From Vitrella brassicaformis CCMP3155 (Eukaryota > Protista > Chromerida): a stretch of DNA of 64,000 nucleotides. Below, piece after piece: positions 40,741 through 51,744 of the stretch. The notes beneath the pieces were generated by a model. The model made no database searches. It was not told the origin of the DNA and worked only from the letters and a program-made list of their open reading frames with translations. The position numbers were made by a program, and so were the translations under genes. The DNA is taken from NCBI GenBank assembly GCA_001179505.1, contig CDMY01000260.1, forward strand, positions 62,001 to 126,000. The letters run 5' to 3'. The number at the start of each line of letters is the position of its first letter. Position 1 is the stretch's first letter.

Positions 40741-41584
40741 CCGGCCACTGAGGACCGACAGCCAGCCACACCAAGTATGTCTCTATCCCCCAACCAACCA
40801 ACACTGCCGGCCATAGCCACGGTAGCCAGCTGCAGAGACAGACAGACAGAGAAAGACCCAACTCATTCAGTTAGTTTAAAGGGGAGAGAGAGAGAGAGAG
40901 AGAGAGAGAGGGGAGGGGGACAGACAGAGTCGGATCCATCCATAAAGGTGTGTGCTTGATGCACAGCATCATGCACTCATTCATTCAGTCATTCACTCAT
41001 GACCCGATCGGTCGACCCCTGGCTGCCTGCCTGCTTGTGTGTGTGTGTGTGTGCGTGTGTGAGTGTGTTTTAAGATGGCTGCACGTGTGGTTTGTGCAGT
41101 CACTGGTGGCAGCGTGCCGGCCGGCTGTACGTATGTATGTCTATATGTGGGACCCTCGCCACTCTGAAAATGTGCAGAGACACGCATACCGTCCCATCGC
41201 ACAGCCAGAAGCGCGGGCAGCTATAGCCCTCATCAAGCGCAGCTTCGCGGCTCAGCAAAAGTCGCAGAAGATGCGTTCACTCGGCGGCTAAGAGGCCTCC
41301 GCCCATCGAACAAAGGCGCCGGGGGAGGAGAGGACAGTTGCCTCGTGAAGATTGACAGCTGGTGCTGCGGAACTCTAGCTGGACTGGCCATTCCACACCA
41401 TGCATGACTTTGAACAGCGCACTTGTTCGCCACTCAGGCGCATCATAGATAGTATGCAAGGATCGATATCCACACACACACATACTTATATACGCACACA
41501 CGCAAGGCCGACAAAATTACCGACCGACGCCGACCCCTGGCTCGGCTCAACAAACACACCGCATTCGTCAGTCAGTCAACTCGC

Positions 41585-43501
41585 TCATTCGCGTCTTGTC
41601 GTTGCCCATTTCGCCCCGCCATCAATCAGGTCAGGCACCAGCGCCACACCAATGGCGGCCAGAAAGGTGACAGCGCCGACCAGCCCGCCCCGTCCAAAGC
41701 TCTCAGACAGGATGATCGACGCCCATGCCGCCGCATAGAGGGGCGACGTGGCATAGAACACACCTGCACGCACACCAACACACAGACAGGGCATGCCCAT
41801 GTGTGTGTTTGGTCTGTCTGTCTGTCTGTCTGTCTCACTTACTGGCCATCGACGCGCCGACTTTGGGGTGTGCCCAGTTTTGCATCTGCATGGTGACGGC
41901 CATCTGAACGCCCTGGAAGCCCATCAGCAGGGCCAGCACCACCCACTCGCGTGACGCCAGGAGGGCCGGCAGCACCCCGCCCCATCCCTGTGCATTGGAC
42001 GGCCGCAGATCGCCGGCCACGAGGGCCAACAGGACGGCACCAAGCACCTGAACAGACAGAGAGAAGTGTTCCACGCATTGCAAGGGGGATCGGTGTTTTG
42101 TGTAACGTACGCCTGTGGCTTGTTTGGCAATGGCGAGGGGCACAGAGGACTTAGGGGGGAGGGAGCCGCCCATCTGTGCCGACGTAGGCACAGCCAGCCA
42201 TTTAGTCGCGTCAAGGCTTGCACGCCATTGCCCCTCTCTCCTTCCCACCCACCCTCCTAGCTCACTCACCTGTGCCAGCCGAACATCATGCGTGGCGAAG
42301 CAGAAGGCGGCCAACGCGCACAGCGCCTCACCCTGACAGACACCACACACAGCATGGGGATGGTCATCTACCCTGACACCCACACACGCTTACATGCACA
42401 AAAGGGTACATGATCCGTTCCCGCAGTGAGCCGGTGAGATGCGGCCTTGTGAGCTCTGCAGCAGCGGCCGCACCGGGACTGTCAGCGGCCATCATGGCCA
42501 CACCTGCAGACACATCCACAGACACCACACACACCACAGACAGGCAAGTGCGTGCCTCTTGTTTGTGTGTGTGTGTGTCCAGCATCGCTTTGTGCACGGC
42601 ACTGACCTCCCACCGACATGACTGACGCCACCCATATCCGGGGAGGAATGAACCTGCCAAACACAAAACCCTTAGGGCACAGCAGACAGACAGACAGGCA
42701 AGACAGATACAAACGCGGCTGCAGAGTGAGAGTGTGTGTGTCCCCCCATCCGCCGACTCGCCTACCTCAAGTATAGGAGTGATGACGGTGCATAGCTGGC
42801 CGAGGAATGCCGATGTGCCGGCCGAAACGCCGCGGCTCATGCCTGCGAGGGAGAGGCTAAAGCCGATCAGCATGTACATGCCCAGCTCAACACCTGAATG
42901 ATGAACATCAGGCAGGGCAACCACACACACACACACACACACACGTACACACTCATCAAGGGCTCATACTCTCATTCCCATGCTGACCCACTCGAGCAAC
43001 CCTCCTCTGATCACGCGTGACTTGACCGCTGCCCACTTCACGACCCATAAATGACACCAGCAGCTTGTTGACCAGCAAACAGATGAGCGTCGCACTCTGC
43101 AGGCTCGCGTTAACGAAGCTGGATGGCAGAAAAGTGCTGAGCTTGACGTTGAGGTACTTGCACATGGGCGCCGTTGTGCCCCACACGATGGGCAGACTCC
43201 CAAGCACCACGTAAGGCAGCCACCTGCTGCCGTAATCAGCGAGAGGCCGCACCTGCATCTCCTCTTTGCTGGTCTTGGTCTGCCCGTGGCTGCCGTTAAT
43301 CGGGACGTCTGGTGGCTGGGCAAAGAGCCGCGAGAGAGGCCGTTTCCTGTGTGCTGGTGCTGTTGTCATTCCCCTCCTCATGAGTGGCCTGATGGATGAA
43401 AGGCGTGAGGGAGATGCGATGAATGAATCAATCGGATGGGAAGATCCGTATGCCGATGGGCTGATGACGACGATCATCTGCGTCAAAGATCGCAGATTCA
43501 T
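41585..43501 (-). CDS. EamA/DMT-family transporter with N-terminal extension
   Basis: IVWGTTAPMCK, GVELGMYMLIGFSL, SAGTSAFLGQLCTVITPILE, IWVASVMSV.GVAMM, GEALCALAAFCFA, VFYATSPLYAAAWASIILSESFG..GLVGAVTFLAAI: two-repeat DMT pattern. Confidence 0.85.
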
Positions 43502-43580
43502 TGAATGGCCCACCCTTGCACCTCGTACTTCTGAGCTCGCAAAACCCTTTGAGCCGTGTAGAGCTCTTTCCCCAGCTGAG

Positions 43581-45491
43581 ATGGCAGGTTGGGGAGAAAG
43601 GATGGCGGATGTATTATTTCCGATGCGCATGGAGGCACAGAGAGCTGCCGAGCTGCGCCAGCCCGGAGAGCCCTTCACCGTCACCCTCTCCTCCAGCGGA
43701 GCCCCGGCTTACGACCTGTCGGCCACCAAACAGCTGGCGTTCGGCTTGGCCGATGGATCTCTCGCGCCTGATGCGGCTGCCCGGCTGCTGACGCAACACA
43801 GGGCCGACCCTTCTGGACTCTACTACAAGGAGAGCCGCCGCCGGTCCGAATCATATTGGTCTTCTCTGCTCCATCTGGCGGCCGAGAAGTGCAGCGGGGC
43901 GGAGGGTGCGGCCATCCTGACACACCTTCTCTCGAGCCCCTTCTGTCCAGATGTCAACCAGACCACCCCGTTTGCCGAGGATTGCTTGCGCATCCCCTGG
44001 GAGTCTCACGACGAGGCGCCCTTGGACGCCCTGCTGGACCGCCTCCCTCGTGCGACAGACTCCCCCGGTCGACGGGAGCACCCCACTCAGCTGCCCGCCC
44101 TCCTGCCTATGATCGAGACGCTCCTCAGCCACGGCGCGACATGCTACAGCCACTGGGACAGTGAGGGGCTGCTCGGCAAGGTCTTTCAGAGCGGCGCTGA
44201 CATGACGGCCAAGGAGTGCCTCGAGGCCGTCGGTCGGCTGACCAGCGCGGCCGCAAGAGCAAGGACCTACAGACCCACCGCATCCATCCTCTATGGACCC
44301 TTCACCTTCTCGTCTGCGTGTGGCTGCCGATTCCGCGAGGAGGAGGCGGTGCCAGGTGGGCGGCAGGGGGAGGGCGAGAAGGCGGCGGCTGACGAGGGCC
44401 AGACCAACCCCGCCATTGCCATACTCGAGAAGGTGCTTGAGGGGACGGGCAGAGAGGTGTTGGAAGGACAGGAGGGCAGTCGTGCGTTGGAGCGTGCCGT
44501 AGAGAGTCAGAACAGGGAGGTGGTGTACTGGCTGGTGAGGCAGGGAGTGCAGGATTGCCGACGCCCCTTCCAGGACGATCGCACACTCTGTTCTGCTCAC
44601 TGGGATGTCGATGTGATGTCACTGCTGGTGAGCGAGGCGGGGGCTGACGTAGACGACGGGCTGCCCCTCGTCAGTTTTGTTCGTCGTGAGCACTACACTG
44701 CTGCACACCACCTGGTGCACCTGGGGGCGTCCGTAGACAGAGCACTCACACACCGCGGCACGAGAGCCAAAGACCGGCACCGCATTTTGTCGGTGTATCA
44801 CTCCTATCTGACTCGCTCTGTGCCGACACACGCCATGCGCTTCATCAACACATCCCTCGCCCCTCTGCGCACCCTCTCTGGCGTGTCGGCCTGTCATCGC
44901 GTGTTCGGTTTGGGTGTGTTGTGCTGTCAGATTGCCGCTTATCTAGACCCCCTCGCTCCACTGCCCTTCTCTGATCGCACGCCACTCGGGCGGCGGCTCA
45001 ATGCCGCTCTGCGTCATTTCCTCAAGCGTGCCTGCAATTTGGCTGGCCACTCTGTGAGGCGGCGTTTGTTTCGACACACTGCCTTTGTGACACCACACCT
45101 CACACACGCATCGGCCAGCGAGGAAGGGGGAGGGGCGGGATGCGGGCAGATACTCGACGAGGGCGTTGTGTATGGAGTGCGCGACGTGCTGCACGTGATT
45201 CGGTGTGAGGAGGCCCACCACTACGGGCTGCCTCGCATGGTCAGGGGCTTTGGCAACAGGAAGGCGTTCGCGTGTGCGTTTGATGGCAATGTGGTGGGGG
45301 GTGGGGTAGGGGGAAGGCAGTGTGTGGTGGAGAGGATAGAGGGGTGGGAGGGGATGGGGGAAAGAGGGCCGCCCGGGGCCATGTGGGCCAATGGGCAAGA
45401 CAAGACCATAGACGAGGTACCTGGGGGGAGGCAGCGAGGGAGGGAGGGAGGGGGGTCGTCACGGATAGGCTGGCAAATGGTGTGTGTGTGT

Positions 45492-45522
<31 letters not shown>

Positions 45523-45860
45523 GATGTTATGGATGAGGATGCCATGTCTGGCATGGAGGATATGGCCGATGAGGACAACAGGTCAGCGAAGCGACAAAAC
45601 AGAGGAGGGCGCCGGCCATTGGAGCACTCATGAGTGTATGTCTGTCTGCATGTCGTGCGTGTGGTCTTGTTGTTTGTCCATCCATCCATCCATCCAGCTT
45701 GGGCATTGGTCGTGGTGACGATACGGGCGCCAGAGCAGCAGCGGCACGAAGGGGACGACCAGTGAGTGGCAAGTCAAAGGAGGGGACAGATTGGTCTGTC
45801 TGTCTGCTCCGTCTGTCTGTCTGTCTGCAGCATGAGGAGCTCATGCCATCGGATGACTGA
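43581..45860 (+). CDS. Ankyrin-repeat-like protein, large first exon and acidic spliced tail
   Basis: SLLHLAAEK..GAAILTHLL...DVN, ALERAVESQNREVVYWLV, SLLVSEAGADVDDG.PL, AAHHLVHLGASVD. Terminal exons DVMDEDAM.. / HEELMPSDD*. Start codon uncertain. Confidence 0.6.
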
Positions 45861-46248
45861 CGGCAGCAACCAATCCCATCCAATTGAGTGAAGGTGCGTG
45901 ACCGCCACAACGGCTGGACAGCCGTCTTATTTCTTTCTTTGTGTGTGTACACGTGCACTCCCACGTGCAGCCAGACAGATGTCGATGTGAATAGGTACGT
46001 GTATGGATCGCGATGCATCTGATCTGCTGCCTTCAGACTCAGACACAGACGCGGGTGTGTGTGACTGACTGACTGACTGGCTGAGTGAGTGAGTGGTGTG
46101 GATGTGGCCGGTTCATGACATGGTGTGGTTGAACGAATGTGTACATACAGCCGAGATCGAATCATTCATTCATTCCCCTTTGCAAAGGGGATCGGCGGAT
46201 CGGTCTCGGTCGGTTGGGTTAGGGTTTGACAAGCACGCACGCATAAAT

Positions 46249-46320
46249 TGTGGTATCCAGCATTCGAACCTGGGTCGTCACGCCCACAACGTGACATCCT
46301 AACCGCTGGACTAATACCAC
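46249..46320 (-). tRNA. trnH: tRNA-His (GTG)
   Basis: GTGGTAT/ATACCAC acceptor stem, D arm GTCCAGCGGTTAGGAT, anticodon arm TCACG-TTGTGGG-CGTGA, T arm CCAGG-TTCGAAT-GCTGG, discriminator A. Confidence 0.9.
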
Positions 46321-46559
46321 TTGCGAGCTGTGGCGCCAAACCCTTGCGAGCTCTCAAAAATTCGAGCAGGAAAAGGCGCGAAGATGGAGGCCAAACAGGA
46401 GACCTCCTCTGCACAAATATGGCGGTGAGCAAAGAGATCTCACACGCAGACAGAATGCTTGCTCTATCCTGTGCCGTGTTGGTGTGCTGATTGATCTATG
46501 CAGCGACGCGCTCTCCCACTGGTGGAGTAACTGCAGCAGTGCGGCAGCCGCATGGCGCA

Positions 46560-46967
46560 CACGCCTCACACAACAGACAGGCCTGGGAGGCACCGAGTCG
46601 GACCACCATGGGAAGGAGCCGAGATGTGCAGCGGGCGCGATCCATCCTGGCGACGCACGAGCGCAGAAAGAAGAACAAGCATGTGCGCGTCTGCGAGGAC
46701 CTGTCCATGACCTTCACCCCTCTGGTCGTCACCGTCGATGGGGTGTGGGGGAGGGAGGCGGAGCACTTCTTCACCCGCTTGACTGAGCAGCTGTTGACGA
46801 GGCAGGGGTGGTCAGATAGGGGGCGAGGGCGGGTGCATGGGTGGCTGCGTGCTCGTTTGTCTGTTGCATTGGTGCGGGCTGCTAGCCTGTGTTTGAGGGG
46901 CGGGAGGCAGTCATGGCGTGGTGTTGGGGCGATGGACGGGGCTGGGGTGTTCTCATCGGATGAGTGA
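46560..46967 (+). mobile_element. 5'-truncated non-LTR retrotransposon relic (restriction-like endonuclease C-terminus, CRE/R2-like clades)
   Basis: ILATHERRKKNKH...C...MTFTPLVVTVDGVWGREAEHFFTRL....VHGWLRARLSVALVRAASLCLRG matches the RLE tail pattern (E..K..KY; F.P.V....G..G.EA; W.R.RLS.AL.RA...C.RG). Upstream part is frameshifted and no RT is seen. Confidence 0.8.
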
Positions 46968-47915
46968 GCGTGCCCTTTTGTGCATAGGCATATGTGGATA
47001 GATTCATGGAGGCGATTTGGACAAGCGAGTGCATGGATGCCATCTGTCAATTATCTCTTCCCAGATGTGCAGCGGGTGTGAGCCTCAGGGAGGAGAGCAG
47101 CATGACGGAGAAGGATGAGAGAAAGATGATTGTGATGAGCGGGCGGAAGGTGACGAGGTAGCGGCTGCGTCGTCAATGCTTTGTGTGTACTCAACTGCGC
47201 CTTTTTCCTCTGACTGGTCTGGACTGGAGACAAGACATCATGAGTGTGTCTTGTGCCTGCCTGATCCATGAGTGGGATGATCATCGAGGGCGATGTGCGT
47301 GAGTGAGTGCCGCTGTGCTGGGGTCGGTTGACTGCAGTTATTTTCTCCGCCTTATTTGTCTAGATTGGTTGATGCGCACAGGTGTACAGTAGACATGATG
47401 TGTCTTGTCTGTCTGTCAGCATAGCGCTCCCTCTGCGTTTGCGGATGTGAATGACTGATTTGTGTGCATTAGACAGACATGTGCCTGCCATGTGTCCGTC
47501 AGCATAGCGCTCTCTGTGTATTTTATCTTCCTCCCCTCATGTGTGTGTGCGTGTGTGTGTGTGTGTGTGAATGGTGGGTGAATTGCGGATGTGTGGTGTG
47601 GCAGACAGCCCGGCCGACAGACAGACAGACACCACATCAGAATATTGTGTTTATGCTGTGCAGCGATCGACGCCAGCCAGACTTTTGTTTGTACACTCAG
47701 AAAAGACTCACACATGTCCCATGAAGGGATGAATCATGACAGTCATAATAAAGACCATCAATGTCGATCGTCCATCTCATCCATCTCAATCACCACCCTT
47801 TCTGTCCTGCCGTCCCCTTCCCCCTCCCCCTCCCCCTCCCCTGACCATCAATTTCACACGTCTGTCTGTCTATCTATCTGGCTATGTCTGTGGCTGTGGC
47901 TGTGGCTATGGTATG

Positions 47916-50900
47916 CTACTTACTTATCGGGATAGAAGTCGTTGGTGGTGGCGTTGGAGTCGGTGCGGAAGAAGGGCGTCCCCAGGTGCGGCACCAGCCC
48001 GTCCAGCAGCACCTGCGCCAGACGCACATCCTCACACTTGAGCTCCACCTTGCACACACCTGCACACACCACACGCATCCATCCATCCATGCATCCCCTC
48101 GCAAACACAGGCCTCTCTGCTATGCGTCTGACCTGTGAGCTGCCCCGTGCCGAGCCAGCATCTCATGAGGCAGAGTGCGTCGTGTGAGCCGCCCCGCGGC
48201 CCCACGCGCAGCATGGTGAGCCGGGCGGCGGCCACCAGGGCGCCCTCTGCAAGGTGATGCTTCATACCCTCCACACGCTTGAATGCGCCGCCGTAGGTGG
48301 CATGGCGCGTCAGCTCGCCCGTGTCCTCACTCAGGGGGCGCGACAAACGGATCAGCGACTGTTGGGGAGAGAGGTGGGCAGAGAGAGGGGCATGAGAGTG
48401 TCTTCCTGCGTGTTGGTGTGTGTGGATGTGTGTCTGTGCACTTGCCTGTCGTGTTTGGAAGTTGGGGTCCCACCAGACGGCGAGGAATTGCTGTGGTGTG
48501 AGAGTGGCGGGCGAGAGGAACTTGGGCACGATGAGGGGCAGCGTGAAGTGGCTGCGGTGCACCGAGTTGTCCGACAGGTACACGTCTACCTCACACTGAC
48601 AAACAAACCATCGACACACACACACACCCACACCCACACACACGTTGTCGCAAAGACAGGCGTCCGATTGCATCTCACCCACCGTCGGCGGCACGTCGAA
48701 GAGCCCCACCATCTCTACGTGAATCGGCTGTATGTAGACACGCGCACGGCTGGCGGACGCCGCCGCGCTCCCACTCCCACTCCCACTCCCGCCGCCACTG
48801 GGCGTCCCCTCCGCCCCCGCCGTCGCCCCCTCCTTGGCTCCCTCCTTCTCCTTCTTGGTAACTATCAGCGGCGCGTGCGACATGGGCAGCAGGTGCATCA
48901 CGAGGTCTTGTCGGTCGGCGTTGGTGCACGAGAGTCGGACGGACGTGAAGCGGGTGGATGGCGCGAGTGTGGGTTTGAGGCGCAGCTCGATGGCGCCGCG
49001 GTTGCCCTCTCGTGTGGATCGGGTGAAGGACATCTGGCAGCTCACCTCTAACAGACAGACAGACAGACAGATGGGATGGGATGGGTGGAATGGAAACTAG
49101 CAAGAGATAATAGAGAGCATATTGTGTGTGTGCGGTGGGTGCGGTAGGGCGGGGGGGTGTGGTCCCGTACCTAGCATTTCGTCTCGGTAGAGGATGCCGT
49201 TGTTGGCCATGCACATCTCCCTATAACGGTCCCTGCAACACGGTGTGTGTGGATGGATGGGTGGGTGGATGTCACAGATCTTGTTTCCCCTCTGCCTACC
49301 GGTTTTGCTCCTCAATGGTCTTGTGCGCGTGAGGGGGCACAGTGAGGTCGCTCCTGATCATGGCCTCCATCGGCTTCTCGCCCGTCTCGCTCACATGCTC
49401 CAACTCCACACGCAGCCGGGCTATCTCGCTCTCGCGCTTGCGCAACAACTCAGTCAACTCACCAACACGGCTGCCACACCCACACACACACAGAGTGTGG
49501 TGTGTTGTGTGTGCGGCTGTCTCTTATGTGTGTTGCCTTGCATACACTTCTAGCGATGGCACGTCCTTCATGTCGTTCAGCAGCGACTGGTTCTCGCGAG
49601 AGAGCGATTCGATCTGGGCCGACAGGGCCGGTGAGCGGTCGGGCGGGGGCAGGGGACGCCGCGTCTGCAGACATCACACGCACACAAAGCAACAAATACT
49701 ACAGGCCGGCAAGAATGCCGAGCAGCAGGGCGAAGCGCGTTTCGCTCGTAGTCAGACAGTCAGTGTGTCTGCCGTGCCGACCACATGATCAAACTGGCAG
49801 TTGTCGAGCTGCAGGTTGTTCTGCCCGCTACTGAGTGGGAAGGGATTGCTCTCGTACAGCACACTCCACCCATCGCCGCCTCGCGACTTGCCTGACACCA
49901 AGCAAATCAAATCACCCACATGGCACACACACACGTGTGACGTGTGACGTGTGACGTGTGACGTGTGACGTGTGGCTGTGTGTTGGTGTGCCCGCACTGT
50001 CTGACATAGCCAAGCCACATACCATCGACTCGTTGCCACACAGTCAGTGTGAGGTGCGAGGCCGACTTGAGCAGCGGCTGCCACAGGTCCACACCCTGCA
50101 CCGCCAGCAGACTGTACCTGTGCTCACACACCACACACCACACACACCATACAACAATGACTAACAAGTCACAAGTGCGTAGTCCGCCCACTCACTTGAC
50201 AGTGTGCACAGCCGTCCGGCCGTCGCCTTCGTCGGCACCCCTGAACTCAGCAACGGCGGGCGGACTGTGCTCGGATGTCACCTGCTTAGGCCAGAGCAGA
50301 AGATGCACACAAAGAGAGAGATCTCCATCCATCCATCAGGGCTGGGATGGTCTTGCTGGGCTGGGCTGGTGTGTGGGGTGGGCCTGCCTGGTCGTAGGTA
50401 CCGTTTTGGTGTAGCGGACCTCCACCTGCAGCTGAGGCAGCCTGTCGGTCGAAATGCTATCGTCCGGCCCATCACCACCTATGTTATGTGCACACAAACA
50501 AGAAAACACAAGAAGCGACCAATACACACACACACACACACGCCACGCGCCTCACGCCACACCTTCTGCATCATTCATTCGTCCACCACATCACATCACA
50601 CACGTGCTTCTACAGCTTTCTACCTTTGGTACTGCTCTCCTTGCGCCTATCCTCGCGCCCGCCCGTCAGGTGCTTCACCATCGGCAGGCCAAACCGGTCA
50701 GGCGCCCGGCTGCCCCGCCCCTTGGTGGTGCTCTCGTCATCGCGCCAAAAGCGGGAAGGGCTCGGCAGCCACTGCTCGCCCAGGAAGGTCTCCTCACCCC
50801 AGATCTCCACCAGCAAAGGCGTGGCAGGGGTGGCCAAGACGGCCATGAGCTCGTCGATGAGCCGGGCGGTCTCTGCCTCCTTGTGTGCAAGTTTGTGCTG

Positions 50901-51514
50901 GATGGCCACGAGCTGTGCGGTGGGCTGGCCGCTGGATTTGAGGAGCTCCTGCATCTGCGACTCGTAGAGGTCCTGCTGCTGCTGGAGGGAGGTCTGGAGC
51001 TCCTTGATCTGGTCATCCTTGGCCGGGAGCTGCTGCTTGAGCCGGTCCAGCTGCTGCTGCAGCGCCTCACGGTTGGCCTGGTGCTCCGTCGCTGCCGCAT
51101 TGGCGCTGCACACACACAAAGAACACACACACATACACAGAGAGCGTGTGATGTCATCTGATGTGTGTAAGTGTTTTCCTGCAGGATGAGCCCTCACTCA
51201 TTTCGCTCTACGATGATCTTGTTGAGTTCGCTGGTGGCCCTCTCGGCCTCCCCTTTCTGCTCCTCGACCTCTTTCTGGGCCTTCGCCACCGCCTTCCGGC
51301 CGCGGGAACGGGACTGCAACGAGCCAACACACACAGGCACTGCACTGCAGATGGCGGCCATGTGTTGCATGCCTACGGGCCTATCTACCGAGCAGTAACA
51401 GAAGAGTGAGAGCAGCCACAGGAGGAGGAACACGGCTCCCCCGATGGCGCACCACAGCCAGAGGTCGAGGCCCAGGAAGTCGGTTTCGTTGTCCACGCCG
51501 AACAACGACGCCAT
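47916..51514 (-). CDS. TM + coiled coil + C2-like + coiled coil + AP-2 alpha-adaptin appendage (ear) protein
   Basis: Exons join in phase from MASLFG...LWLWCAIGGAVFLLLWLLSLFCYC through LLVEIWGEETFLGEQWLP to CMANNGILYRDEMLEVSCQM..NRGAIELRL and FTLPLIVPKFLSPATLTPQQFLAVW, ending FYPDK*. Confidence 0.7.
49933..49973. repeat. 7-bp tandem repeat (CGTGTGA)n in an intron
   Basis: cgtgtga repeated about 5 times. Confidence 0.9.
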
Positions 51515-51744
51515 TGGCCTCACTGCCAGCCACAACTGGAAACACCAGGGTTTGGGTAGCAGGGTTTTCTACCCTAAACCCTAAGCCCTACGGCTCGTCC
51601 TACACAATAGCCAAGAAATCAAGGGTCCAAGAAATCAAGGAGCTGAGCTCTGCAAGGAGGGGTTTTGATGGTGGCGCCCTTCCGTCGGCCGAGAGAGCAA
51701 GCGACAGTCCCTTGAAGCATAGCGACGTCAGGCAGTGAAGTGGG

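Noticed and set aside
43266-43580. N-terminal extension of the 756-aa ankyrin-like ORF
   Set aside because: Overlaps the antisense EamA leader and looks non-coding on this strand; start placed at 43581 instead
46330-46337. TGGCGCC resembling an LTR primer-binding site next to the tRNA
   Set aside because: No LTR pair, gag or pol nearby; a 7-mer is expected by chance in GC-rich DNA
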